Source: Planctomycetota bacterium (GTDB lineage: Bacteria > Planctomycetota > UBA8108 > SXIK01). Taken from it: a stretch of 64,000 nt of DNA. Under the pieces are notes generated by a model. It was not told the DNA's origin. It was given only the letters and a program-made list of their open reading frames with translations, and searched no databases. The stretch spans positions 1,440,001-1,504,000 of the forward strand of contig CBDCXR010000004.1 of NCBI GenBank assembly GCA_965223845.1. The letters are read 5' to 3'. The position numbers and the translations under genes were made by a program. Below, piece after piece: positions 9,374-19,753 of the stretch (positions are counted from its first letter, which is position 1; each line of letters starts with the position of its first letter).

Positions 9374-10993
9374 CTACGATCCCGCGCCACTCGAAGCCGG
9401 CGCCGGCTCCTCGCGTAGTCGATGCTCGCGTTCGATAGCGCCGAAGTACCGTTCGCGCGCCGCGGCGAGGTCGCTCGGCACGGACGCGGAGTGCTCTCGA
9501 ATGAGCTCCTCGACGGCGTCGTAGGCGTCGCGTCCGCCATCGGGCGTGAAGCGAAGCGTCGTCCGGCGCGCGAGGAAATCCTCGGGATAGATCACGTGTT
9601 CGGACGCGATCCCGTAGACGACTTCGGCGCGCTGCTCGGCGGTTCCATCCGAGAGCGGCGCGGCGAGCTCGGGTTCGGCGCGCGCGAGTTCGCGGACGCG
9701 TTCGAGCCGGCAGCCGTAGCGCGAGAAGAGCCGCTCGAGCTCGGTGTCGGTCAGGTCGGCGAGCGACGCCTCGCGGCCTCGTCGGTAACGTTCGAGCGGG
9801 CCCGCTTCTCCCCCGGGGAGCGGTGCGGTTCGCGTCGACGATTTCGTTCCGGGGAAGAGGCGATTGCCGACCTCTTCCGCGACCGCTCGGTACGTCGTGT
9901 ACTTGCCGCCGAAAACTGTGAGTAGGCCCGCGTCCTCGACGATGCGGTGGACGCGCGAGACTTGCCCGGTGGCTTTGCTTCGAGACGACTCCGAGCGGGC
10001 GAGGGGGCGGATTCCGGCGAACGTTCCGCGGATGTCGCTTGCGGACACACCGGCGCCCGGGAGTACACGGCGCACTTCGTCGATGAGGTAGCGGACCTCG
10101 TCCGCCTCCACACGGAGCGAGTCGGGGGAATCGTCGAAGACGGTCTCGGTCGTTCCAACGAGCGCGCCGGCGAGCCACGGGATCACGAAAAAGACGCGCT
10201 GGTCGCTCCCGTGCGTGAGGAGGAGGCCGTCCGTCGACGAAAACCGCGGAAGGAGGATGTGAATCCCCTTCGAGCGGACGAGGAGATCGGGATCCGTCCA
10301 CGGCCCGAGCGCGCGCACGACGCGGTGAGCGAAGATGCGCTGCTTCTCGTCCGTGAGTCGGTCGCGCGTGTGGACGACGTTGGGAGTGCCGGGTTCGACT
10401 CCCGTGACTTCGGTGTAGGAGAGTGCCGTGACTCGGCCGTCTCCGGCCTCGACCGCCCCGATGGCGTTTGCGAGAACGATCCGCGCGTCGTCCATGACGA
10501 CGTCGTGGTAGACGCCCGCGCCCCGGAGTCCGTTCGCAGCGAGCTCGGGAAATCGGGCGCGCGCGTCGTCGGGTCCGAGGAAGCGGCTTCGCCCGACCCC
10601 GCGCCCGAGGGCGAGGAGGTCGTAGAGCCAGAGACCGAGTCGGATCCAGAACGGACCGCGACTCGCGCCGGCGTAGACTGGAATCAGGAACGACTGCGGG
10701 CGGGCGAGGTGGGGGGCGAGCTCGAGGACCGTCCGCCGCTCGCGGAGCGATTCGTAGACGAGCCCGAGCCGGAGCTGCTCTAGGTAACGGATTCCACCGT
10801 GGAGCATCTTCGACGATGCGCTGGAGGTCCCGCTGCCGAAGTCGCCCTTTTCGACGAGGACGACCGATCGGCCCCGCTGCGCGACGTCGCGAGCGATGCC
10901 CGCACCGTTGATCCCGCCGCCGATGACGATCACATCGACGGGACCTTCCGGGAGAGGAGCTCGGGGTGACGTTTTCACGATCGAATCGACCAT
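9374..10993 (-). CDS. glpD: FAD-dependent glycerol-3-phosphate dehydrogenase/oxidase
   Basis: GGGINGAG, GTSSASSKMLHGGIRYLE, DDARIV, GGKYTTYR. Confidence 0.88.
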   Translation of the reverse strand: MVDSIVKTSPRAPLPEGPVDVIVIGGGINGAGIARDVAQRGRSVVLVEKGDFGSGTSSASSKMLHGGIRYLEQLRLGLVYESLRERRTVLELAPHLARPQSFLIPVYAGASRGPFWIRLGLWLYDLLALGRGVGRSRFLGPDDARARFPELAANGLRGAGVYHDVVMDDARIVLANAIGAVEAGDGRVTALSYTEVTGVEPGTPNVVHTRDRLTDEKQRIFAHRVVRALGPWTDPDLLVRSKGIHILLPRFSSTDGLLLTHGSDQRVFFVIPWLAGALVGTTETVFDDSPDSLRVEADEVRYLIDEVRRVLPGAGVSASDIRGTFAGIRPLARSESSRSKATGQVSRVHRIVEDAGLLTVFGGKYTTYRAVAEEVGNRLFPGTKSSTRTAPLPGGEAGPLERYRRGREASLADLTDTELERLFSRYGCRLERVRELARAEPELAAPLSDGTAEQRAEVVYGIASEHVIYPEDFLARRTTLRFTPDGGRDAYDAVEELIREHSASVPSDLAAARERYFGAIEREHRLREEPAPASSGAGS

Positions 10994-11202
10994 CGCGGTG
11001 AATCTCTGTGGCGCCGCGAACCGTCCACACTTTGATTCTCGACGTGAGATGCGAAGATCTCCACTGTCGCCGTCGAGGAAACGAGCGCGGTGCGCTAGGC
11101 GAGCGAGAATCGCGCGAATCCGTTACCGGTCGTGTCCGCCGCCGTGAGTGCGACGGGAATCGACCGCTCGCGTCGATCTACCTTAAGAAGAGGCCCATCC
11201 CG

Positions 11203-11219
11203 TGCAGTTGGCGTGCCAG
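11203..11219 (-). promoter_or_regulatory. Putative sigma54 promoter pointing to glpD
   Basis: Minus strand CTGGCACGCCAACTGCA closely matches YTGGCACG-N4-TTGCW. Confidence 0.6.
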
Positions 11220-11221
11220 AA

Positions 11222-11238
11222 AGGGCACCCGGAGTGCT
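11222..11238 (+). promoter_or_regulatory. Putative sigma54 promoter pointing to the DUF4139 operon
   Basis: AGGGCACCCGGAGTGCT fits GG-N10-GC spacing; weaker match than the minus-strand site. Confidence 0.4.
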
Positions 11239-11363
11239 TTCTTCCGGCCCGGTGGCGCGGGTTTTTTTAGCGGAACCGCTAAGTCTCCATCGGGGCCAAT
11301 CGTCTAGGTAGCTGAAGCTTCGACTAAATGCGTCCGTCTACCGAGTCTTTCCTGGAGCTCGCT

Positions 11364-12713
11364 ATGAAACGACCGTCCTTCACCCTCGAGGTTGCCGCGG
11401 CGGCGGTCGCGATCTTCGCGTACGCCGCCCCCCTCACCGCCGACGACGGCATCGACCTCGTCACCCTTCCGGAACGCGCGAGCGTTCAACTGACGATCTA
11501 CAACTCCGCCGATTTGACCCTCGTTCGTGACGTGCGTCGGCTCACGCTTCGGCGGGGACTCAATCGACTGTCGTTCGAGTGGGCCGGGACACTCATCGAC
11601 CCGACATCGCTACAACTGCGCGCCGTCAGCGACCCGACCGCCGTGGAGCTCGTCGAGGTCGCCTATCCTCCCGGTCTCAACACGAAGGCAGTCTGGACCG
11701 TCCAGTCGGAGGTCGAGGGCGAAGTCCCGGTCGAGATTACTTTCTTTACCTCCGGTGTGAGCTGGCGGGCGTTCTACATGGGAACGCTCTCGCCGGACGA
11801 GCGAACGATGCGCCTTCAAAACTACGTGCGGGTACAGAATCAGTCCGGCGAGGAGTACGCCGACGCCGTAACGCGGCTCATCGTCGGAAAGATCCATCTC
11901 CTCGACGAAATCGCTGCTCTCGCTCGGCGGAACGAACCGTACGGTCGACCCGGCGTTCCGGGTGCGCCGCAATCGGGTGTCGACGGTAAGCGGCGCGTCA
12001 TGATGCAGCGTGCCTCCAGATCCCTCGATCTCGCGTCGGCCAAGGCCAAGCAGATCGTGAAGGAGGGCCTCTCCGAGTACTTCCTCTACACGATCGAAGG
12101 AACGGAGACGATTCCGAACGGATGGGCCAAGCGACTGCCCTCGTTCGCCGTCGACGAGGTTCCCGTTGTCAATCTCTACCGCTACGAAGAGGAACGCTTC
12201 GGCCAGAGCGTCGTACGTTTCATTCTGTTCGCGAACGACGACGCGCACCGTCTGGGTGAGACGCCCCTCCCGGGAGGCAACGTCTCGATGTACCGGGCGG
12301 TCGACGACGCGGGGCACCTCTCGTATGTCGGTGCGACGACGATCCAGTACATCCCGGTCGAGCAAAAAGCCGAGCTCGGCTTCGGTGCCGCCCAGGACGT
12401 CCTCGTCACGCCGAAGCAGATCTCGATCGAGTACGAAAACTTCGAGTTTCATTCGAACGGTAACATCCGCGGCTTTGACGAAGAGCAAACCTGGGAGGTT
12501 ACGGTAAAGAATCGCCGGGCGATCCCGATTCGCGTCGAAGTGACGCGAAACTTCCGTCACCAGTCTCACACGCTCACGAATACGGATGTCGCCGCGGGCG
12601 AGTTCGAGAAGATTGATCTCGATACCGCCCGCTACACGTTCGAGATCGCGCCGGGCGCCGAACGGCGATTTGGTTACACCGTGCGGTATCGCGAAGGATC
12701 TCGCGCGAACTGA
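11364..12713 (+). CDS. Exported DUF4139/DUF4140-family protein (paralog A)
   Basis: Signal peptide; VQLTIYNSADLTLVRDVR, SWRAFY, VQNQSGEEY, PLPGGNV; GGAG RBS before ATG 11364. Confidence 0.8.
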   Translation: MKRPSFTLEVAAAAVAIFAYAAPLTADDGIDLVTLPERASVQLTIYNSADLTLVRDVRRLTLRRGLNRLSFEWAGTLIDPTSLQLRAVSDPTAVELVEVAYPPGLNTKAVWTVQSEVEGEVPVEITFFTSGVSWRAFYMGTLSPDERTMRLQNYVRVQNQSGEEYADAVTRLIVGKIHLLDEIAALARRNEPYGRPGVPGAPQSGVDGKRRVMMQRASRSLDLASAKAKQIVKEGLSEYFLYTIEGTETIPNGWAKRLPSFAVDEVPVVNLYRYEEERFGQSVVRFILFANDDAHRLGETPLPGGNVSMYRAVDDAGHLSYVGATTIQYIPVEQKAELGFGAAQDVLVTPKQISIEYENFEFHSNGNIRGFDEEQTWEVTVKNRRAIPIRVEVTRNFRHQSHTLTNTDVAAGEFEKIDLDTARYTFEIAPGAERRFGYTVRYREGSRAN

Positions 12714-12777
12714 GTTTCGCACCCACTACGGTGCGGCTGAACCCTTCCTCTGACTCCCTGACTCGAGAGACTTTCCG

Positions 12778-13920
12778 ATGAAACCGAGACTCCTCAACCG
12801 ACCCGGGTGGCTCCTTCTTCTTCTCGTCGCCGTTTTCGTCCTTCCCCGCACTGCGTCTGCGCGCATCAAGCTCGTCGCTCTTCCCGATCGTGACGCAACC
12901 ATCGTTCGCCTCGATCACCCTTATGCGACGCTCGTCGAGGAAGAGCGAAAGCTCACCCTGCAGAAGGGAATCAACCGCATCGACTTTTCGTGGAAGGGCG
13001 TCTCGATTCTCCCCGATTCGATCCGTCTGCGAATCCTCGGCCACCCGGGAGAGGTCAAGCTTCTCAATGTGAGCTACCCACCGGGCGAGCCCGCGCTCGT
13101 GTGGCAGGTCAGCTCCCCCGAGGCGTACGAGGAAGACGTCCGGATCTCCTATCTCCTCTCCGGGATCGATCGACTCGTGACGTACACGGCGGTCGCCGAG
13201 AAAGACGAATCGAAGCTCCTTCTGAAGAGTCACGTCGTCCTCCGGAATTTCTCGGGCGAGAGCTTCGGCGCCGCGCGCGTTCAGCTCGACTACGGCGAGG
13301 CGTTCGAGCGGTCGATCCGAAATCAAGAGACGAAGCGGCTCCTGTTCTTCTCGAAAGGGGATGTGCCGATCGAAAAGACCTTCACCTGGGACGACCAGCA
13401 GATGCCCTGGGACCCCGAGAAGGAGAGCTCGAACGTCGGGATCCCGGTCTTTTATGCGGTGAAGAACACGACCGCGGGCGGACTGGGCGCGAACGGTCTC
13501 TGGGGCGGGAAGGCCCGCGTCTACCAGAAGGACGGCCACGGCTCGACGATCTTCCTCGGCGAGGACGGCCTTAGGTTTACGCCAGTCGGAGAAGACGCGC
13601 GGGTCCGGATCGGTGACAGCCGCGATATCGTCGTCACGCAGCGAAAGCTCCGCGACGAGAAGATCAACGTAAGAAAGAACCGCGCCGGGAACATCGTCCT
13701 CTACGACACAGACGAAATCCTCGAGGCGAAGATCGAAAACTTCAAGGACAAGCCCGCCGTCCTCTTCGTGACGGAGCACATCCCCGGGCAGTGGGAGATG
13801 GAAGAGGCGAGTCACGAGTTCGTGAAGAAGGACTTCCAGACGCTCGAGTTCCGCATCGAGCTGAAGCCGAAGGAGAAGATCACTCTTCGCCTCCACTATC
13901 ACCGCCGGAACGTGCGTTGA
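12778..13920 (+). CDS. Exported DUF4139-family protein (divergent paralog B)
   Basis: Signal peptide; ATLVEEERKLTLQKGINRIDFSW, SYPPG, LRNFSGESF, GGKARVYQ; collinear with paralog A. Confidence 0.78.
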   Translation: MKPRLLNRPGWLLLLLVAVFVLPRTASARIKLVALPDRDATIVRLDHPYATLVEEERKLTLQKGINRIDFSWKGVSILPDSIRLRILGHPGEVKLLNVSYPPGEPALVWQVSSPEAYEEDVRISYLLSGIDRLVTYTAVAEKDESKLLLKSHVVLRNFSGESFGAARVQLDYGEAFERSIRNQETKRLLFFSKGDVPIEKTFTWDDQQMPWDPEKESSNVGIPVFYAVKNTTAGGLGANGLWGGKARVYQKDGHGSTIFLGEDGLRFTPVGEDARVRIGDSRDIVVTQRKLRDEKINVRKNRAGNIVLYDTDEILEAKIENFKDKPAVLFVTEHIPGQWEMEEASHEFVKKDFQTLEFRIELKPKEKITLRLHYHRRNVR

Positions 13921-13930
13921 GGGGGCTGCG

Positions 13931-15295
13931 ATGACCACGCAGACGCGAAGTCCGCTTCGACCCGCTTCGCTCGCGGTGCTGACGGCAGTCACGTTGCTCG
14001 CGGCGAGCCCGATGCTCGCTGACGGAATCGATCTCGTCACGCTTCCCGAGCGGGAACGGGTGCAGGTCACGGTCTACAACTCAGATGATCTCACCCTCGT
14101 GCGCGACGTGAGGCGGCTCACCTTGCGAAAGGGCACCAATCGACTCTCGTTCGACTGGTCGGGCACTCTGATCGATCCGACGTCGCTCCACCTCGAGGCG
14201 GTCGATCGTCCCGATGCGGTCGAGCTCCTCGACGTGAGCTACCCGCCCGGCGTGCGAGCGAAGGCGGTGTGGACGGTCGAATCGGAGATCGAGGGCGAGG
14301 TTCCCGTGGCGATTTCGTTCTTCACGTCGGGACTCTCGTGGCGGGCGTTCTACGGGGTCACGCTCGCCGCCGACGAGCGCACGATGCGCCTCGACGGCTA
14401 CGTACGGATCGAGAATCAGTCGGGCGAGAACTACGAGAACGCGACGACTCGCGTCCTCGTCGGCAAGGTGAATCTCATCGACCGCATCGCCATGCTCGCC
14501 CAGCGCCAGTTCCCCTACGGTTCACCGATCCCGCGTCCTCGCGTGACGACTGCGACCAGGTTCGCATTGGAAGCCCCGGAAAAAGAGGAAAGCGACGCGT
14601 TCGGGGGCGAGCTCCGAGACCTCAAGGAGATCGCGAAGGAAGCGCTCTCCGAATACGTTCTCTACACGATCGAAGGAACGGAGACGCTCGAGCACGGCTG
14701 GGCGAAGCGCCTCCCCTCGTTTTCCGCGGCAGAGGTTCCTGTCGTCCACCTCTACCGCTTCGAGGAGGAACGCTTCGGGCGGGCCGTGGTGCGCTTCCTC
14801 CGGTTCGCGAACGACGAGGCGAGTGGACTCGGAGAATCTCCGATTCCCGCCGGGAACGCGTCGATCTACCGAACGGTCGACGACGGCGGTCGCCTCGGCT
14901 ACGTCGGCGCCGCTGCGCTCAAGTACATCCCCGTCGGCCAGCGGGCGGAGCTCGAGATCGGGCCGGCGGCGGATGTTCTCGTCGAGCCGATCCTCGCGAA
15001 CCTCGAGATGGAGAACTTCGCGTTCGATCGTCGCGGAAACGTCGCCGGCTTCGAGGAGATCCAGACGTATCGCCTCGAGGTGAGCAACCGAAAGCAGATC
15101 CCCGTCCGCGTCGAGATCCGCCGCAACCTCCGGCATCAGTACCACCGCGCGACGGCGCTCGCGGGAAGCGAGGGCGCCATGGCGACCGAGGATCTCGACA
15201 CGCTCAAGTTCGAGCTCGATCTCGCGCCCGGTGAGACCCGCGAGCTCCGCTACCGCGTGCGGTACCTCGAAGGCGCAAGACGGCGAGCCGACTGA
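13931..15295 (+). CDS. Exported DUF4139/DUF4140-family protein (paralog A')
   Basis: Mature N-terminus nearly identical to paralog A (DGIDLVTLPER..VQ.T.YNS.DLTLVRDVRRLTLR.G.NRLSF.W.GTLIDPTSL). Confidence 0.8.
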   Translation: MTTQTRSPLRPASLAVLTAVTLLAASPMLADGIDLVTLPERERVQVTVYNSDDLTLVRDVRRLTLRKGTNRLSFDWSGTLIDPTSLHLEAVDRPDAVELLDVSYPPGVRAKAVWTVESEIEGEVPVAISFFTSGLSWRAFYGVTLAADERTMRLDGYVRIENQSGENYENATTRVLVGKVNLIDRIAMLAQRQFPYGSPIPRPRVTTATRFALEAPEKEESDAFGGELRDLKEIAKEALSEYVLYTIEGTETLEHGWAKRLPSFSAAEVPVVHLYRFEEERFGRAVVRFLRFANDEASGLGESPIPAGNASIYRTVDDGGRLGYVGAAALKYIPVGQRAELEIGPAADVLVEPILANLEMENFAFDRRGNVAGFEEIQTYRLEVSNRKQIPVRVEIRRNLRHQYHRATALAGSEGAMATEDLDTLKFELDLAPGETRELRYRVRYLEGARRRAD

Positions 15296-15500
15296 CCGCA
15301 GAACGGCTATCCTGTGAGGGGACGTGAGCGAAGCCCCCTCCTCGGTCACGGTCTTCGGCTCGTCTGAGCCCGAGGATTCGACGGACTCGCCCCGGGAGAA
15401 GCGCGGCGCCGACCCTCGGCGGGGAAGCGAAGCGCGAGCTCCGAATCATTCGAGGCAAGGCGGCGATCCTGCCGATAAGACGGGGAGAAGGAGAGCTGCG

Positions 15501-16436
15501 ATGGAAGAGGCACAGCGCGTAGCCACCGATCCCGACATGTTCCGGCGTCTCTACGGGACGGGAGAAAACTTTCCGCCGGACCGTGCCTCGGTGATGCGAG
15601 CGGCGTTCGTCGTCGATCCGACGGGGTTTCGGGTAAACGAAGACTCGGCGACGGACAATCACTACATGGAGTGCGGCGTCCGGGTGGATCTCGAGCGCGC
15701 GCACGCCCAGCACGCGGAAGTCGTCGCGACGCTGACTCGAATCGGAGTTCCGGCCATCGTCTTTCCCGGACGCGAGGGGCTCGACGACGGCGTCTACCCG
15801 AACAACGTGTTCGGGACGATCCCGCGCCGATTCATCGTCGGCCGCATGTTGCACCCGGTCCGTCAGCGCGAGGCGGAACGGGCGGACGTGCGTGAACTCT
15901 TCACGACGACGTTCGGCTACGAGCTCTGGGATCTCTCGGCGCAGTCGCTTGTCGCCGAGCTCACCGGCCCCCTCGTCATCGATCGAGCGCGCGGAATCGG
16001 GTGGTGCGGCCGGACGCGTCGCGTCGACGACGCCGGCGTCCGTGCGCTTCACCAAGCCTTCGACCTGCGCATCACGCTCTCGTTCGACCTCGTCCCGACC
16101 GAGTACCACACGAATCTCGTCCTCAGCGTCCTCGCCGGCCGCGGTTGCGTCGCGCATCGAGCCTCGTTCGGGGATCCCGAAGTCGTCGACGCGCTCCGCA
16201 CGGTCTACCCCGATCACACGCTGCTTCTCTCCGACGAAGAAAAGGACGCGTTCGCAGGGAACTGCCTCGCGGTGACGGAGAGCGATCTCGTCTTCAGCGA
16301 ATCCGCCGCGCGTGCCCTGAGACCGGCGTCGCGCCGGACGCTCGAATCCTGGGGCTTTCGCCTCCATCCGGTGGCCGTCGACGAGCTCGAGAAAGGCGGC
16401 GGCAGTCTTCGCTGTCTGATCGCGGAGGTCTTCTGA
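15501..16436 (+). CDS. Amidinotransferase-superfamily hydrolase, CtlX (citrulline utilisation)-like
   Basis: PTGFRVNEDSATDNHYM, DGVYPNN, YHTNLVL, ELEKGGGSLRCLIAE; start chosen after the AAGGAGAG RBS. Confidence 0.8.
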   Translation: MEEAQRVATDPDMFRRLYGTGENFPPDRASVMRAAFVVDPTGFRVNEDSATDNHYMECGVRVDLERAHAQHAEVVATLTRIGVPAIVFPGREGLDDGVYPNNVFGTIPRRFIVGRMLHPVRQREAERADVRELFTTTFGYELWDLSAQSLVAELTGPLVIDRARGIGWCGRTRRVDDAGVRALHQAFDLRITLSFDLVPTEYHTNLVLSVLAGRGCVAHRASFGDPEVVDALRTVYPDHTLLLSDEEKDAFAGNCLAVTESDLVFSESAARALRPASRRTLESWGFRLHPVAVDELEKGGGSLRCLIAEVF

Positions 16437-16437
16437 C

Positions 16438-17718
16438 GTGACGCTCCACGTCGACTCGGAGATCGGTACGCTGCGCGAGGTGCTCGTCCATCTTCCGGGC
16501 CCCGAGGTCGATTCGATGCCGCCGGAACTCATGGGCGAGTTTCTCTTCGATGACATTCTCTACGGACCGGGAGCGCGGAGCGAGCACGCGCGCTTCACCG
16601 CCGTGTTGCGCTGCCTTGGGGCGAAGGTGACGGATTTCTCCGATTTGCTCGTCGGCGCGCTCGAGCACGCCGGCGACGCTCGGCGCGAGCTCCTCGATAC
16701 GGTCGCTCGCTTCGAGGAGCTTCCGCGGAGCACCTCCGCCGAGCTCGCCGCGCTCGGCCCCTCCGAGCTCGCCGAAGTCCTCATCGCAGGGCAGCGCGTA
16801 GATCGACGGGATCTCTCGCCCGAGAATCTCTTCCGTATCCTTCCCGTGCCCAATCTTCTCTTCTCGCGCGACGCTCAGGTCGTCCTCGGCGACGGGGTCG
16901 TCATCAGCGGGATGAGTCGCCGCGCGCGCCAGCGCGAGGCCCTCCTGAGCCGCTTCGTCTTTACTCATCACCCGCGCTTCGGCCCCGAGACGATCCGGGC
17001 CGACTTCGCCGCACCGCTTCGGCGTGCGTCATCGCGGACGCCGGCCCTGCCGACGCTTGAGGGCGGAGACATCCTCGTCTTTCGCGAGGGTGTCGTCGTC
17101 GCCGGAGTGAGCGAGCGGACGATGGAGCGCGGCGTCGACCGCTTGACCGAGACTCTTCGCTCGCTCGACCGGTTTCGGGCGCTCGTCATGGTGCCGCTCC
17201 CGCGACAGCGGAGCGCGATGCACCTCGATACGATCTTCACGCGCACCTCCGAGGACGACTGTCTCGTCTACGCGCCGCTGATCCTTCCCGGTGGTCCGGA
17301 GACGTTGAGCGTCATCACGATCGACCTCGCCCGAGCGGGCGACTGGGGGCGACGGCGCCCGTCCCTCCTCGAGGCGCTGCGTGAGCTCGGCGTCGATCTC
17401 CGTCCGATCTCCTGCGGCGGCGAGGACGACTACATCCAGCAGGCCCGCGAGCAGTGGACGGACGGCGCGAACTCGTTCGCGCAGCGACCGGGCCTCGTCT
17501 ACCTCTACGCTCGCAACACCAGAACGGCCGAAGAACTGGAGAAGCGCGGGTACCACGTGCTTTCCGTCGACGAGATGGACTTCGGCCCCGACGGCGAGTG
17601 CCGGTACGCGTTCACCGAAGGGACGCGCTACGCGATCCTCGTCGCCGGCCACGAGCTCTCGCGGGCGCGCGGCGGTCCGCGCTGCATGACGATGCCGCTC
17701 GTTCGCGCGCCCGCGTGA
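16438..17718 (+). CDS. arcA: Arginine deiminase
   Basis: VDSEIGTLREVLVH.PG.E, LFDDI, PNLLFSRD, LEGGD, MHLDT, EQWTDGAN, ELSRARGGPRCMTMPL. Confidence 0.9.
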   Translation: MTLHVDSEIGTLREVLVHLPGPEVDSMPPELMGEFLFDDILYGPGARSEHARFTAVLRCLGAKVTDFSDLLVGALEHAGDARRELLDTVARFEELPRSTSAELAALGPSELAEVLIAGQRVDRRDLSPENLFRILPVPNLLFSRDAQVVLGDGVVISGMSRRARQREALLSRFVFTHHPRFGPETIRADFAAPLRRASSRTPALPTLEGGDILVFREGVVVAGVSERTMERGVDRLTETLRSLDRFRALVMVPLPRQRSAMHLDTIFTRTSEDDCLVYAPLILPGGPETLSVITIDLARAGDWGRRRPSLLEALRELGVDLRPISCGGEDDYIQQAREQWTDGANSFAQRPGLVYLYARNTRTAEELEKRGYHVLSVDEMDFGPDGECRYAFTEGTRYAILVAGHELSRARGGPRCMTMPLVRAPA

Positions 17719-17775
17719 TCGCCGTTTCGGCCGCGGGAGAACGTCGCGCTCCTCACTGGTCGCCGGCCGATCGGG

Positions 17776-17784
17776 TGGTACAAT
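17776..17784 (+). promoter_or_regulatory. Putative extended -10 promoter for typA
   Basis: TGGTACAAT (TGnTAcAAT) about 50 bp upstream of the typA start. Confidence 0.4.
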
Positions 17785-17832
17785 CCCCGGCTCCGCTTTT
17801 CTGGCCCCGGACGCACTGAGACCGACTTCGAC

Positions 17833-19689
17833 GTGACCACGACCCCTACCTCGAGCATGCAGCAGACTGGCACTCAGGCGATCCGCAACGTCGCCATCAT
17901 CGCCCACGTCGATCACGGGAAGACGACGCTCGTCGACCGCTTCCTCGCCGCCACCGGATCGATCCCGTCTCACCAGGATCTCGGCGAACGGATTCTCGAT
18001 TCGAACGACCTCGAGCGCGAGCGCGGGATCACGATCCTCGCGAAGAACATCTCGCTTTACTACCGGGACGCCAAGATCAACATCATCGATACGCCCGGGC
18101 ACGCGGACTTCGGCGGGGAAGTCGAACGCGTGCTCCAGATGGCCGACGGGGCGATCGTCCTCGTCGACGCGGCCGAGGGGCCGATGCCGCAGACGCGCTT
18201 CGTCCTGCGAAAGGCGTTCGAGCAAAAGCTCGTGCCGGTCGTCGTCGTGAACAAGATCGACCGGAAGGACGCGCGTGCGGACGAAGTCGTCCACGAGATC
18301 GGCGATCTCTTTCTCGAACTCGCCGAAGAGGTGGACGTCGGCGACGAGCTCGACGTCCTCGACTTCCCGGTCGTCTACGCTTCGGCGCGCGAAGGTTACG
18401 CGGCATCGGAGCCGAACGGCGAGAGAGCGGGTGTCGAGCTCATCCTCGACCTCGTTCTCGATCGCGTACCCGCGCCGACCGATTCGGCGGACGGTCCGCT
18501 CGCGTTTCAGGTGACGACGCTCGACTACAGCGACTACGTCGGTCGGATCGGGATCGGTCGCGTCTACGGCGGCCGGCTCGAGAACGGGGCGCGCGTCCTC
18601 GTCTGCGGGCGAGACGGTGACCGGTCGGCGCGAGTCAAGGAGCTCTATCTCTTCGACAAGCTCGGCAAGATCGGGATTCCGTCGGTCGCCGCCGGCGACA
18701 TCTGTGCCGTGACGGGGATCGACGACCTCCAGATCGGCGAGACGCTCACCGATCCCGAGCATCCGGTTCGCCGCCCGTTCACCGAGGTCGATCGCCCGAC
18801 CGTTTCGATGCTGTTTTGCGTGAACGACAGTCCGTTCGCGGGGCAGGACGGGCGCTTCGTGACCTCGCGTCAGCTTCGCGCGCGGCTCTTCAAGGAGCTC
18901 GAGGCGAACGTCGCGCTCCGTGTCGAGGACACGTCCGACGCGGGCGTGTTCGAGGTCTCCGGGCGCGGAACTCTTCACCTCGGCATCCTCATCGAGACGA
19001 TGCGCCGCGAAGGCTACGAATTCCAGGTCGGCAAGCCGACGGTGATTCTCCGCGAAGAGCAGGGCGTTCGCCTCGAACCGGTCGAGCACCTCGTCGTTCA
19101 GACTCCGGAGAGCTCCGCCGGGAAAGTGATCGAGCTCATCGGTGCACGGCGAGGCGAGATGACTCGCTACGAGCCGCAGGGAGAACGGATGCTCATCGAG
19201 TTCCGGGTGCCTGCGCGCGGCCTCATCGGAATCGGGTCTCGCCTGATGACTCTCACCGCGGGCGAGGCCGTCGTGTTTCACAGCTTCTCGGGCTACGAGC
19301 CGTACAAGGGCTCGGTGCCGGGGCGGACGCAGGGAGTGATGGTCTCGAGTGAAAGTGGAGCGGCGATTCCGTACGCACTCTTCAGTCTGCGGGACCGCGG
19401 CCCGTTTTTCATCGAGCCCAATCAGCCCGTCTACAAGGGCATGGTCGTCGGCGAGCACTGTAAGGAAGACGACATCACGGTGAATGTCTGCCGTACGAAG
19501 AAGCTGACGAACATCCGCGCCGCGGGCTCCGACAAGAATGTGATCCTCTCGCCTCCGCGGCAGATGTCGATCGAGGAGGCGCTCGAGTACATCGAGGAAG
19601 ATGAGCTTCTCGAAGTGACGCCCAAGATCTACCGCCTCCGGAAGAAAGCCCTCGACCCGAAGGCGCGTCGGCGCGAATCGCGGCGCTGA
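17833..19689 (+). CDS. typA: Translational GTPase TypA/BipA
   Basis: [61 protein letters not shown]. Confidence 0.97.
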   Translation: MTTTPTSSMQQTGTQAIRNVAIIAHVDHGKTTLVDRFLAATGSIPSHQDLGERILDSNDLERERGITILAKNISLYYRDAKINIIDTPGHADFGGEVERVLQMADGAIVLVDAAEGPMPQTRFVLRKAFEQKLVPVVVVNKIDRKDARADEVVHEIGDLFLELAEEVDVGDELDVLDFPVVYASAREGYAASEPNGERAGVELILDLVLDRVPAPTDSADGPLAFQVTTLDYSDYVGRIGIGRVYGGRLENGARVLVCGRDGDRSARVKELYLFDKLGKIGIPSVAAGDICAVTGIDDLQIGETLTDPEHPVRRPFTEVDRPTVSMLFCVNDSPFAGQDGRFVTSRQLRARLFKELEANVALRVEDTSDAGVFEVSGRGTLHLGILIETMRREGYEFQVGKPTVILREEQGVRLEPVEHLVVQTPESSAGKVIELIGARRGEMTRYEPQGERMLIEFRVPARGLIGIGSRLMTLTAGEAVVFHSFSGYEPYKGSVPGRTQGVMVSSESGAAIPYALFSLRDRGPFFIEPNQPVYKGMVVGEHCKEDDITVNVCRTKKLTNIRAAGSDKNVILSPPRQMSIEEALEYIEEDELLEVTPKIYRLRKKALDPKARRRESRR

Positions 19690-19712
19690 GGTGCCGCTAA
19701 GGCCTTCGGATT

Positions 19713-19753
19713 CGCCGAGGTCCGCGGGCGGAGAGGTCGAGGCGACCTCGGCG
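19713..19753 (+). terminator. Stem-loop downstream of typA (possible terminator)
   Basis: CGCCGAGGTC...GACCTCGGCG 10-bp inverted repeat; no U-tract. Confidence 0.3.
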
